Shown: positions 45,403 to 59,690 of the stretch, piece by piece
How the letters are laid out: each line of letters starts with the position of its first letter
How positions within the stretch are numbered: position 1 is the stretch's first letter
Assembly: GCA_951406725.2 (NCBI GenBank)
Contig: OX597830.1
Location: 64,108,001-64,172,000 of the forward strand
Direction: 5' to 3'
Length of the DNA: 64,000 bases
DNA from: Octopus vulgaris
Taxonomy: Eukaryota
Position numbers and translations under genes: made by a program
The notes under the pieces: model-generated
Database searches by the model: none
The model's input: the letters and a program-made list of their open reading frames with translations, nothing else
Told to the model about the DNA's origin: nothing

Positions 45403-46963
45403 CAGCGTGGAAGGTGTTTATAAGCCATTTAAGAAACACACAAAAGCCGTTCGATTCACTTCAACATTTAAGTTTAATTTGTCAAAATATTTTCGTCGCT
45501 AAAATCCGCGACCTGTTCACTGACAAAGTCCGTGCTGCATCTAAGAAAGTAACAGTTAGTTCGTCATATATATGTACGTATGTATGTGTGTATGTATGCA
45601 TACATGTGTGTATGTATGTACGTATGCATGTACGCATATACGCCTGTGTATGTATGTATGTATGTATGTATGTATGTATGTGTGTATGTATGTATGTATG
45701 TATGTATGTATGTGTGTGTATATGCACGCACATACACTCTATAAAACATTAAGCTATAAACCTGTAGCGATGGATGGATGTAGAGTGACCATTCATCACA
45801 AAGCTATCAAATTTCAACTTCCTACGGCCGAAGCTAGAAAGTGAATTTATGACGCTTACTCCCAAAACTATACCCTAAAATCTATTATCAGATTTTTATC
45901 TCTATATCATAGAACTAATGTTTTACTATTGTGCGTATGTATGTATGTATGTGCGTATGTATGTATGTATGTATGTATGTATGTATGTATGTATGTATGT
46001 ATGTATGTATGTATGTATGTATGTGTGTATGTGCATACGTACGCATGTGCGTATGTATGTATACGCGCTCGTGTGCATGTGCCCATGTATGTGTGTGCGT
46101 ACATGTACGTGCGTATGTACGTGTGTATGCCCATACGTAGGTATGTATGTATGTTTGTATTCATGTGCTACGTATGTATGTGAGTGTCTAGGAGAATGGG
46201 CAGATGTGTCTGTGAGAGTGTGTACATGTGTATGTGTATGTGAACGTATGACCGTCTACTAGCATGTGTCCGTCCAAGTTGTGTACATGACTGTTACTTT
46301 GCTGAAGGTTGTATACATATTTACATATATGCTTGTATAGACGCACACACACATATATATATGTGTGTGGGTGTGTGTTTGTTCCTCTCATCATCATCTA
46401 ACCGTGAATGGATACAACGCCTAGGTGCAACTGTTCGTATCAAACAACGTCTGCTCATACCGTTGTATATAACTGCACATACGCGTTGCTACCCGTATGT
46501 AAGGACTACAGGTAAAAGGTAGAAAGAGAGAGTGGTGGTTATAGAATAGTCCTTCTGAATGGGATCTGGGTGTTATTCCATTCGGACTTTCGGTTGAGAG
46601 TAGGTTTGTATTCTTGTATACAAACAGCTTCTGTGACCTGTCTCATCATATATATATATATTTGAGGACATCCACTCGAAATCATAGAACATCCTTACCC
46701 CAAATAATAACATACAGCCCCTCTCCATTCATGTTAAGTGCTTTGTGATTCCATTCCTGTATTCTCTCCCTCATTTGAGGACATCCACCCGAAATGATAG
46801 AACATCCTGACCCCAAATAATAACATACAGCCCCTCTCCATTCATGTTAAGTGCTTTGTGATTCCATTCCTGTATTCTCTCCCTCATTGAAAACGTCCAC
46901 CCCAACTGATAGAATCTCTCAATAGAGCGAAACTGAAATGTAAACCCCAGAATTTAAAAGCAT

Positions 46964-47079
46964 ATTATGCAACCTGAGGAGTCTTATTTGCACTGTGCGT
47001 TGCATCTGGGTTTATTGCATCGTTCCACGTCCACTAGGGAGCAGTACATCATGAGAGACGAAACAATTGTTGTGATAAT
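46964..47079 (+). ncRNA. Type I hammerhead with ~80-nt stem II (copies at 50990-51105 and 52599-52714)
   Basis: AUUAUgc(C/A)AC-CUGAGGA-GUCU...AGAC-GAAA-CAAUUG-UU-GUGAUAAU. Confidence 0.65.
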
Positions 47080-47139
47080 AAATTGCTTTCTGCTACATTC
47101 CGTCTTCTCCATTTATTTTTACTATGTACCCTATGTATA

Positions 47140-47222
<83 letters not shown>

Positions 47223-47547
47223 CTAGCTTAAGGTGACCGGCTCTACGCGCGGGTAAGAGTGTGGTTGTTACTTTCTGTTGCTTCCTTTCAGCACGTAAAA
47301 AGCACCATCCGAACGTGGCCGATGGCAGCGCCACCTTGACTGGCTTCTGTGCCGGTGGCACGTAAAAAGCACCCACCAATCGTGGCCGCTGTTAGCGCCC
47401 CTCCCGCCGTGCACCTGTGCCGGTGGCACGTAAAAAGCGAACCACATATCGTGACGAAGATTTTTGTTGGATTTTACATCACGGAACAGTACATTACACA
47501 CACACACACACACACATATATATACATATATATACATATATATACAT

Positions 47548-47617
<70 letters not shown>

Positions 47618-47620
<3 letters not shown>

Positions 47621-50310
47621 TGAATTGAAGAAATGGAGTTGAACGAAGATTGAACAGAAATCCTTTTATTGCATTCTACACGTGTTTCGAAAGCCACAAT
47701 TTACCAAATTCCGATTGAATAAGGAGACCATATTGTGTCTTTCTCTTCAGGAAGAAATAGGAATTCCGTTGGCAGAACAAAAACGGAACAGAGGCGCAGC
47801 AAAACAAATCGAACGTGGAGGCTCCTAAGAGCCCATGGCCAAACTGTTTATCAATGTATGTTGAAATCTGGTGGTGGATGCGTTGAAGATATTTACAGGT
47901 CAGGCAGCGGTCAATCCGGTGGGTGAGAGCACGGGGTGCGTAGATGTTCTTTGTGACCGAGACTAAGGTTCTGACTATTTTAAGAATATTAGGTGTATTA
48001 TATGGGGCGAGAAAAATCTACTTAGAAACATGTGTGTGTGAACTGTTCTATATGTGCGCGGCCGTAAGTTGGTAAAAAGCGCTACACAATGGTCACTGCT
48101 GAAAAATCCGTCAGGCGGCAGAAAATATTTTATGTGTTCGTGAGTTCGTTTAATCGCGCGGCCGTAAGTTGGTAAAAAGCGCTACACAATGGTCACTGCT
48201 GAAAAATCCGTCAGGCGGCAGAAAATATTTTATGTGTTCGTGTGTTCGTCTAATCATGCTTTGTCAAAACAAACCTCACGTCGTCAAGACAAAACACCAT
48301 TAACCTAATGGGTGTAATTCCCCTTGCAAGGGTTAATCCTATCTATCTTAAAAATCTTTTTCAAAAATTATTTCCAAGGGCTATTCTCATATAAGTAGGG
48401 TAACCGGGTGCAGGTATCATTTATAAGCGTTATTTATAAGCGATATAAGTATAACGCCGCCAATGGGGGCATCGAAAAGCCGACTGTAAAAGTCCGTTTA
48501 CCATCCGGTCTCTGGCGAACAATATATGGAAAAGCTCAGAGACACAAAGGTTGCACTTCCTTCTGCCCCTATCAAATGGGAGGGCCACCGACAAAATTGA
48601 CCATTCCAGCCTGTAGCTTGAGTTCGAATTCTTCAATCGCCATATTAGCTTGCTAAGTCCCGTGGCTTGGAATTTATTCACGTCGCGAAAAGTTGCGTAA
48701 TGGTTGGAGATTCGTAAGGCCAATTTTGACGATGAGGCCCCGACATATGAGTAGACATCTGAGTCCGTGTAAACCTTGCATTGGTAAACGGCATTTCTGA
48801 ACTTGGAGTTCCCCGACATGAACCTTATTCTATTAGGATTAGTTTCTGAAATTAGAACTGCGTTACTGTTACTATATTGATTGCGAGAACTGCAGCCGCC
48901 TACTACTTTATTTTCCACTAAGTCACTATTAACTAACGGAATAACCCCTGAATCTTCACTATCACTGAGAGTGCTGTAATTGCTAGTGTCCGTGGTACTG
49001 CCATTGCCGGAAACGATGCTGGAGTTGCTATTGGGACTCTCTACCCTAATGAGCCGAGCTGCGCTCACCTCACTACTGCCATTGTTATCGTTAATGACAT
49101 CACCCTTATTTATATCTATACGCCTAGTATATATTCCCTGGTTGGAGCTGAGATTATGAGTCACTGTACTAGCTCTCATATCATTATTACTACTATTATT
49201 ATTCCTACTGAGTGTTAAACCGGGAGCGGAAGAAGCAGTGCCTCCGGAAAAAGGTGGTAGGGTCTTAATAAGCAGCCTATTATTATGGGAGGCGACTATC
49301 TGGGCGAGGTTTTTAGTGTTGGAGAAAGCTATCCTAACTTTATGCGAGTTAACCGTGGAGTAATATTTGGAATTTCTGGGGAAGTTATTGGCGATGGCTT
49401 GTCGAAACAGGAGGGGGAGGTTAGTTCTAATCTGCTTACCAAAAGGAATGATACCTGCACCCGGTTACCCTACTTATATGAGAATAGCCCTTGGAAATAA
49501 TTTTTTGAAAAAGATTTTTAAGATAGATAGGATTAACCCTTGCAAGGGGAATTACACCCATTAGGCTAATGGTGTTTTTTTTTTGACGACGTGAGGTTTG
49601 TTTTGACAAAGCATGATTAGACGAACACACGAACACATAAAATATTTTCTGCCGCCTGACGGATTTTTCAGCAGTGACCATTGTGTAGCGCTTTTTACCA
49701 ACTTACGGCCGCGCACATACAGAACAGTTCACACACACATGTTTCTAAGTAGATTTTTCTCGCCCCATATAATACACCTAATATTCTTAAAATAGTCAGA
49801 ACCTTAGTCTCGGTCACAAAGAACATCTACGCACCCCGTGCTCTCACCCACCGGATTGACCGCTGCCTGACCTGTAAATATCTTCAACGCATCCACCACC
49901 AGATTTCAACATACATTGATAAACAGTTTGGCCATGGGCTCTTAGGAGCCTCCACGTTCGATTTGTTTTGCTGCGCCTCTGTTCTTTTTTTGTTCTGCCA
50001 ACGGAATTCCTATTTCTTCCTGAAGAGAAAGACACAATATGGTCTCCTTATTCAATCGGAATTTGGTAAATTGTGGCTTTCGAAACACGTGTAGAATGCA
50101 ATAAAAGGATTTCTGTTCAATCTTCGTTCAACTCCATTTCTTCAATTCACTAATAATATTAAAATTCAATTATCCGCACCAACGCACGGTTGCAACACCA
50201 TATGGTTGCACCTCCAACCGTGCTTTCTTCTGCTGTGATTTTTGCTACCAAGGTATCGGTTAAACTTTTGATTAATCTGCAACAAGATTATTCATCTTTC
50301 TATTTCACCA
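47618..50310 (-). mobile_element. Second Penelope copy of the same family, more truncated, inverted pLTRs
   Basis: 47618-49450 (minus) carries pLTR, an intact GIY-YIG ORF (48430-49179) and linker; 49451-50310 is the pLTR in plus orientation. Hammerheads at 47667-47759(-) and 50011-50103(+). Confidence 0.9.
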
Positions 50311-50387
50311 AATATATATATATATATATACACACACATATGTATATACATATATACATACACACACACATATATATATACATACAC

Positions 50388-50432
<45 letters not shown>

Positions 50433-50456
50433 TGCATATACATATATACACAAATA

Positions 50457-50501
<45 letters not shown>

Positions 50502-51152
50502 CATATATATACATACACACCACACACATATATATATATTTATATATATACACGCGTGTGTGTATGTTTGTTTCAATATCTATCTATCTATCTTTCTATA
50601 TACTTTCATTTGTGTCAGCCAGATGATGTGGCCTTGCTGGGGCATCCTCACTGGTATGACTGTTAGGTCGTTGTGTATATATATATTTGAGGACATCCAC
50701 TCGAAATCATAGAACATCCTTACCCCAAATAATAACATACAGCCCCTCTCCATTCATGTTAAGTGCTTTGTGATTCCATTCCTGTATTCTCTCCCTCATT
50801 TGAGGACATCCACCCGAAATGATAGAACATCCTGACCCCAAATAATAACATACAGCCCCTCTCCATTCATGTTAAGTGCTTTGTGATTCCATTCCTGTAT
50901 TCTCTCCCTCATTTGAGGACATCCACCCGAAATGATAGAATCTCTCAATAGAGCGAAACTGAAATGTAAACCCCAGAATTTAAAAGCATATTATGCCACC
51001 TGAGGAGTCTTATTTGCACTGTGCGTTGCATCTGGGTTTATTGCATCGTTCCACGTCCACTAGGGAGCAGTACAACATGAGAGACGAAACAATTGTTGTG
51101 ATAATAAATTGCTTTCTGCTACATTCCGTCTTCTCCATTTATTTTTACTATG

Positions 51153-51210
<58 letters not shown>

Positions 51211-51518
51211 CTAGCTTAAGGTGACCGGCTCTACGCGCGGGTAAGAGTGTGGTTGTTACTTTCTGTTGCTTCCTTTCAGCACGTAAAAACACCATCCGAA
51301 CGTGGCCGATGGCAGCGCCGCCTTGACTGGCTTCTGTGCCGGTGGCACGTAAAAAGCACCCACCAATCGTGGCCGCTGTTAGCGCCCCCCCCCCCTGCAC
51401 CTGTGCCGGTGGCACGTAAAAAGCGAACCACATATCGTGACGAGGATTTTTGTTGGATTTCACATCATGGAACAGTACATTACACACACACACACACACA
51501 TATATATATACATACACA

Positions 51519-51555
<37 letters not shown>

Positions 51556-51666
51556 GCATATGTATATACATATATACATACACACACACATATATATATA
51601 CATACACATATACATATATATACATATATATATATACATATATGCATATACATATATACACACATA

Positions 51667-51716
<50 letters not shown>

Positions 51717-51841
51717 GTATATACATATATACATACACACACACATATATATATACATACACATATACATATATATATACATATATATATATACATATAT
51801 ATACATATATATACATATATGCATATACATATATACACACA

Positions 51842-51904
<63 letters not shown>

Positions 51905-51909
51905 CACAC

Positions 51910-51954
<45 letters not shown>

Positions 51955-52356
51955 GCGTGTGTGTATGTTTGTTTCAATATCTATCTATCTATCTTTCTCT
52001 ATACTTTCATTTGTGTCAGCCAGATGATGTGGCCTTGCTGGGGCATCCTCACTGGTATGACTGTTAGGTCGTTGTGTAATGCCATTTTATTTGTACGGTT
52101 TTCCTGTTTGGTTTTTCCTGAGAGAAGTTGAACAACGTCATCCGGTTTTGTTTTTCTAGCTGTCACGCAGAGTCGATCTCTATCTGTGAAAGGAATTTGA
52201 CACTTCCTATTATCTGCACCTAAGTCTCGTAGATCTCTTGTGACAAAGTATTGAAGCAAAACCTACAAGTCGTTGAACCCTAAGCTGTTGCAGTATTGGT
52301 CCTTTCTCTCGACTAGATGGTAGTTTGCTTTAACACCCAGATAAAGATTGGTATAT

Positions 52357-52412
<56 letters not shown>

Positions 52413-53139
52413 AGGACATCCACTCGAAATCATAGAACATCCTGACCCCAAATAATAACATACAGCCTCTCTCTATTCATGTTAAGTGCTTTGTGATTCC
52501 ATTCCTGTATTCTCTCCCTAATTGAAAACGTCCACCCCAACTGATAGAATCTCTCAATAGAGCGAAACTGAAATGTAAACCCCAGAATTTAAAAGCATAT
52601 TATGCCACCTGAGGAGTCTTATTTGCACTGTGCGTTGCATCTGGGTTCATTGCATCGTTCCACGTCCACTAGGGAGCAGTACATCATGAGAGACGAAACA
52701 ATTGTTGTGATAATAAATTGCTTTCTGCTACATTCCGTCTTCTCCATTTATTTTTACTATGTACCCTATGTGCACCCTAGAATTCCTGGAAGTTGATTCA
52801 ACGATGGATGCAAAGTATCGCTGATGATACCTGGTAGCCATAAGTGATGAACGTCCTCTACGGACACACAACCTGGAACTTACCCTGCAACAAGGGTAAT
52901 ACTGCATTTAACACATACTTTCTAAACCTTAATACTTTAACTTTAACTTCGATTTACCATATATATATAGCAATAATAATTCTCTAAACGATATATATAT
53001 AGGCGGCGAGCTATATATATATACGTTCGAGTTCAAATATATATATATATACCAGTTACGCACTGGGGTCGATGTAGTCGACTTAATCCCTTTGTCTGTC
53101 CTTGTTTGTCCCTCTGTGTTTAGCCTGTGGGTAGTAAAG

Positions 53140-53198
<59 letters not shown>

Positions 53199-54751
53199 GA
53201 CGGGCTTCTTTCAGTTTCCGTCTACCAGATCCACTCGCAAGACTTTGGTTGACCCGAGGTTATAGCAGAAGATACTGCATAGGCACGAGGCTGCTCAGTT
53301 TACATTCAAACTGTTTAAATGTATCAATAAGCTTCTAGGGAAAACGGAAGTACATATTTTGGTTTTAACGTGAGTGTTAGGCGTTTGGTGAATTGTTACA
53401 TTTGAGAAATATTTACCGGAGCGTGTTAAATATAGTTTATTGTTCAGTCTTTAAATCATGAGAGTTCGAAATGTATGAGGTCGAAATAGATGCATTTTTA
53501 CAGATAACATGAACCTGTTATTTGTAAGAGTGTTTATTTTTTGAGTAGAGGCGAAAGACATAACTATGACTTATAACGGAATGTAGTATGAAATACTCTT
53601 CTTCCTTGAAATACTTGTATTTCCTGATCTGCTCAGGAAATTTATGTATGAAGTGGAATATCATTGTTAATGTCATATATTTAACAATAAGATGAAAAAT
53701 ATGTTGGATGAATGAGAACAGTGGCCATTCATTTTCAGCTCATCAACCGTTTTATTGTTAAAAGATTGTATGGAACGCGACGGTCTCAAGGAAAGAAAAT
53801 AGAGCTATGCCGGTAAGTTTTGTTCATAGTAAAATGTGTGTTAAAAAAGAAGCAAATATTCTTGCGGAAGTGGTGAGCGTGTTGATAGTTCTTTATATAA
53901 TTCAGCATTTTAGTATTTGTAACAATGGACACTCTGCCAAAAATAAAAAATAAATGCCAGCCGTTACGCGCCGCTGCTCGCATCGTTAAGCTCCTGATAT
54001 TCAGACTGTCAAACTGTCTTTTTCCTTCAGATCTGGCCTTTTTCTGAATACGCAGAACAAAGGTTTTTGATGCCCAAACACCATTTTTGACTCTTTCAAA
54101 CAGGGTGGCAGAAATAAAGTACCACTTATTTGTATAAGTTCAATGAGCGGTGCTACATAATTCGTATCGAAACTTAACATTCTTTTCGCTGCTCAGAAAA
54201 CGCAACACTTCATTTATCAGCCAATCAGAAGCTATCCTTACATCTGGCAACAATTTCTGCGACACAAATGGAATATTTTTTCAGTTGAATCCGTTTTGTG
54301 TCAAAGGTCAGTCGATGAAAACACAAGAGTACAAATTTTTGTTATAAATTTTTGCTCTTCTAGAGATCTTTTTTTTGGCCTATCTATCTCACCCTTGAAA
54401 GACTTAAAATGAATTTTCCGATTGAAAGCCATGGGGTTCGGTATTCGAAATACCGTTTAGAGATGTTACATACGTTTTGTGGCTTGTGTGAAATTCAAAA
54501 TGGCGATCTGTCCTTTAAAGCATCTTCACCAAATCTGCGATCAATCATGGATTTTGAGATTTTATAAGGACACAGACACCCCGGGGAGAAGTTATTGAGT
54601 AGCCGCCGTGATTGTTTAATTTAGCTTTTTGGCAGCTTCAATAATAAGTAGCAGCTTAAAGTGTTTCTCAACGTTGCCAAAGAAATTGTCATATAACTTG
54701 TAAATATTTGACATCTTAGCATTTTAGCATTAAGAAAACCGATGAAATCGG

Positions 54752-54782
<31 letters not shown>

Positions 54783-55657
54783 GTTTAACGTCCGTTTTCC
54801 GCGCTAGCACGGGTTGGACGGTTCGACCGGGGTCTGGGAAGCCAGGGGCCGCTAAAGAGAGGGAGAATAATTGACAATATGTTTCTTATGTGAGTGTACA
54901 GTTGATAAAAGACAAAAAAAAAAGTGCGGAAAACCGTTAGGAGTCTAATACAAAATACATTCAATGGGCTTTCTCTCTCCGGAGAGATCATTAGTATAAA
55001 GTTATTCACAATGGAAACTTCCCTGTCTAATCTGCATAACAGTGCAAGCGCTGATGGAGTCAATTGTTTAAATTATTTAATAGAGTACGAGATCACGTCT
55101 TTTTCATATTTATGTTGGGTTGTGAGCTGATGGAATCGGTAGAGCATCGAACAAAATGCTATGGCGTATATGTTCTGGTTCTATACGTTTTAGTTTCAAA
55201 TTCTACCGAAATCATGTCTCCCCTTCGTTCTTTCTGGATCGATAACATAGCACCAGGGCCGATTGTAACCCGCTTCTCTTAAAATTCTCGCGTTGTGTCT
55301 AGATCAGATACCAGTATGTGCGTTTCTTTTATTTTTAAATATAAAACCGTATTAATCCGTTTTGCAAGTTGCAACACATCCGCATATTTTAGTTGACCGA
55401 TAAGGAAAGTACCATTAAACCGTAGAACGGTTCAACTGTACTTTCGATGTTTTAGAGAAGAGAGCTGGTTATGTCTTCACAGCATTTTCACGAAACCAAT
55501 CAGCAGGCTTTCATTTGGGTTATCAAATTGAGATAGTAACTATTTTGTCAATTGTCTAAATGCAACACGCATTAGTTTCTGCAGCGTCTACTCATGTAAG
55601 GTATTGCAACATTTTAGCTGGTTGCTCCTATTGGGAGCAAGTGTACCCTCTCTCTCA

Positions 55658-55710
<53 letters not shown>

Positions 55711-55712
<2 letters not shown>

Positions 55713-57150
55713 AATCTCAACAGTCATGATAGAGCTGCACAATATATTCACTGGGTAATTTGCAAAAGCCTGGATTTTCCCCATGAAAAAAAAAACTGGT
55801 GGGAACACAAACCACATCCAGTGCTTGAAAATGATCACATCTCACTCCTCTGGAACCTCACCATTCAAACTGACAGAAAGATAGATGCGAATAGGCCAGA
55901 CATCATATTAAAAGACTTCAGACAAAAATCATGCCTCCTCATTGATATGACTGTCCCAATCGATATAAACGTATCTGTCAACTGAGCAAATATAAAGATC
56001 TTGAAATAGAAATTAGCAAAATGTGGAACCTGAAGACTAAAACAATACCTGTTGCCATAGGTGCCCTGGGAATGATAGCAAAAGGAGCTGATTGCTACCT
56101 AGCTCAGATACCAGGAAATCCAAAAATGGCAGAAATTCAAAGGATAGTGCTCATGGGAACTGTTCATATCCTACGCAAAATACTTTCTATGTAATCTCAA
56201 GTTTTAAAACAAGCATAATTTTCTTGTTTCTTTTTTAATCATTCACTAGTACAACACTAAGTACAAAACCAAATATATGGCACCCTAGGCATAACACCAA
56301 CATGAACTTCCAGCTTGTTGTCTCTTGAGGTCTCTGGATGAGCCAACTTGTACAAATGTAAAGCAAAAGTCAAACATAGAAGAGTAATAATATTAATAGC
56401 AACAACAACAACAACAACAACAATAATAATAACAATAACAATAATAATGATAATGTCAATCTCCACAAGTAACTGCAGAATATGTGGAGATGACAAGAAA
56501 CAATAAATCACATTATTTCTGGCTGCCCAGTCCTGGCTAAGAAAGAATATATTCACAGACATGACAGAGTTGGGACTTACATACATTGGAAGCTAAGTCA
56601 ACATTATGGAATAACAACAGAAAAAAGATGGTATAGGCACACACCAGAAAAGGTCACAGAAAACGAGAAAGCAACCATACTCTGGGATATGCCGATACAC
56701 ACAGATAGAGAAATTAAGGCCAATAAGCTAGCTATAGTTGTCAGAGACCATGAAGAAAAAAATGCTTTCTAATTGATGTATCAATACCGGCAGATGACAA
56801 CGTGTCTCTAAAAGAAATAGAGAAACTTTCAAAATACAAAGACCTGGAAACAGAGGTACCTCGAATGTGGGATCTATAAACAGAAACAATTCCTATCATA
56901 GTAGGTGCATTAGGCATGATAAAAAGAAATATTCAGACAAATACATAGCAAAAACACTAGGACTTACAAATATATATAACATACAGAAAATTGCACTACT
57001 GGGCACTGCACACATCCTATGCAAAACACTTTCAATACAGTAACCATAAGAGCATCACAACAAACCACAGCACATACCCAAGGCACTCAGAGCTGCGCTC
57101 AGTAGTGAAGTGAAAGCACGATATAAAAATAAAACTACTGAATAATAATA
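55711..57150 (+). mobile_element. Two tandem 3' fragments of RLE-type (R2/R4/Hero-like) non-LTR retrotransposons
   Basis: HDRAAQYIHW...RPDIILKD...LLIDMTVP (55725-56190), and a CCHC-like CRICGDD...HIISGCP...RHDRVGTYIHW...KYKDLE (56470-57040) with an (AAT)n tail. Confidence 0.8.
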
Positions 57151-57770
57151 ATAGTAATATCTTTCCATTTTGTTGACTTTCAGTTCTTTTTACAAACAAT
57201 TTGTAATCGCGTAAGTTGAGGGATGATATTGAAAGAAAATCTGGTACAAATGTACTTTTAAAAACAGATTTCCTTTCTTTTCGTGCTGCGTATGTTAAAT
57301 AGTAGCAATGTTAAGAAAATCAGCCCCAGAAAGTACATTTTGGTCGTTTAAAAACAAACACAGAAAGAAGCTCTTCTTGACAAGGAAATAAGACTTGCAA
57401 ATGAACTTCTTGATATAATCCTAAACAATATACAAAAGGAAGAGTTTGAAAGTTGATTAACTGTTGAGAAAAAATTTTGAAGCAACTATGACAGTGTGGG
57501 AAATATATGGAGCCATTGTAAGTATCAATAAGTGATGAATGAAGTCTGTCTTCTCACTCGCTATGGCACGCGTACAGCTTTTTTCACCCTTGTGTTCCTA
57601 CGAGTAAGTTCTCTCGAAGAGGTCAACGTTTTAACTTTCGGTGGCACTAGTTGTAAAACCGCTTTTCAGAAAGCTGAAAGCTAAAAGAAAGATCCTGTGG
57701 CATTGTTTATGTAGAAGTCGTCAAATTGAGCTGAAATTTCGTCAATGCAACGGCCATATTCAATAATCTA

Positions 57771-58260
57771 TTGGGTTGTCCGGAAAGTTCGTGCCGATTT
57801 TTAAAGGAAAGAAAAAGGTCAATAAAAACTTGCCATTACATTTCTAATCAGCCAAATATGAACCATTTTGTTGCACAATGCGTCTCCATCTTTCCTTTAA
57901 CTTGAAAATACCCTCTTCCCAGAATTGAGTTGGTTTCATGGCAAAGAATTCATCAAAGTATCCTTTTACGTCATCCAAGGAATTGAAATTTTTACCATTA
58001 AGACTATTTGGCAGAGACCTGAATAAGTGGAAATCCGAAGGAGCAATATCTGGTGAATATATACATATATACGACGGGCTTCTTTCAGTTTCCATCTGCC
58101 TAATCCACTCACAAGACTTTGGTCGACTGAGGCTATAGTAGAAGCTGCAGCAATTTTTGATTGGTTCCCAAAGCATCAAGTGCCGAAAATGAACTTTCTT
58201 ATCTTCCATTCTAAAGGGTTACAGAATTAACACAGGTTATAGGAACATAAACTTTCTTCC
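57771..58260 (-). mobile_element. Internally deleted mariner carrying a SINE fragment
   Basis: TA + TTGGGTTGTCCGGAAAGTTCG TIR; MEDKKVHFRHLML N-terminus and YSPDIAPSDFHLFRSL C-terminus joined through SINE sequence at ~58060-58145. Confidence 0.8.
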
Positions 58261-59004
58261 ACAGATCATTGCAACGTTATTTAAAGGGAGCAATGTCAGG
58301 AAAGTTAGAAGGATAAAGCAATACTTCAGTATTTAGTTCCATAATGTTTTCCTAAGTGACTTGGGCAATATATGACCTTGCATTGTCCTGTATATATGAC
58401 CTTGTATTGTCGTGCCACATCTATTTACGATTCACCAATGATGGGCATCTTTTTTTTCAAAATTTTGAGCAATGGTTCTCGTTAACGACAATACTTCACA
58501 ACATTGTTTCGTTTTGCGTTTAACACATTATGATAGGCGACACCCTTCATAACCTGTCAAACAGAGAGCATAATTTTTTTTTCGAAAGTAGTATATATAC
58601 ACATGTATATATACATATATATATACATATATACGTATATATACATACACTTCGGGCAGTATATATATATATATATATATATATATACTGCCCGAAATGG
58701 TTTTCACGTCTGGTACTTGACTGAAGAAAGAAGGCCACGATGCCCCATTTTTTTTACCTGTCCTTCTAATTGCTGTTTCTCTTGTCCGCCTTTGTATCGT
58801 CTATCTGTCCGAATGTTCTTATTGTTCCATTTATATATATATATATATATATATAAAAGTCAAAATAAGGGTGAAAAAATTGGATATTAATTTAATAACA
58901 CGAAGTGGTCTAGCGTTTAAAAGACTGGGATTCAGTAAATATTATTAATACAAAACTATGAGAGAGAATCCACTATGTGGATAGTGGATTCTCTCTCATA
59001 GTTT

Positions 59005-59058
<54 letters not shown>

Positions 59059-59369
59059 TATATAGATGTATATATAATACATATATAGATAGATATATAC
59101 TATACATACAAATGCGCACAAGCGCGCACACACATACCCACACACACATATGAGGGAAGTAGAAAATAAATATTGCTAGTAATTACTGAAAGAGGATTTA
59201 ATTAAAAAAAAAAACGTAAATAGAAAATGTAATGAGGCTGCCTCGTCTGTATTAATTAAATTGTGATCGCACTGTGTTGCACGGCGCTCGCTATGTATAA
59301 AGAAGGGTGGACGTCTGGTCATACAGTTACAAATTCAGTCTTTACAAGGAGGAGGACTGGAAACATTAA

Positions 59370-59397
59370 CCACACACACACACACGAACAAACACAC

Positions 59398-59443
<46 letters not shown>

Positions 59444-59446
59444 ACA

Positions 59447-59516
<70 letters not shown>

Positions 59517-59639
59517 GCAAACACGCACAAACACGCGCACACACACACACGCACACACACACACACGCAGCGCGCACACACACACACTCACACACACACA
59601 CTCACACACATGCACATACGCACACACATACACACACAC

Positions 59640-59687
<48 letters not shown>
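59370..59687 (+). repeat. (CA)n microsatellite
   Basis: Directly visible. Confidence 0.95.

Positions 59688-59690
<3 letters not shown>

Larger units (their letters stand above)
44377..52770 (+). repeat. Local duplication cluster (three copies of several blocks) interrupted by a Penelope element
   Basis: Block AACTAGCTTAAGGTGACCGG at 44377, 47221 and 51209; block CGTGTGTGTATGTTTGTTTCAATATC at ~44915, ~50555 and ~51955; 113-bp tandem unit TTTGAGGACATCCAC at 46661/46774, 50686/50799/50912 and 52409. Confidence 0.85.

Noticed and set aside
46661-46910. CRISPR-like array
   Set aside because: Plain 113-bp tandem repeats without unique spacers; eukaryotic context and no cas genes.
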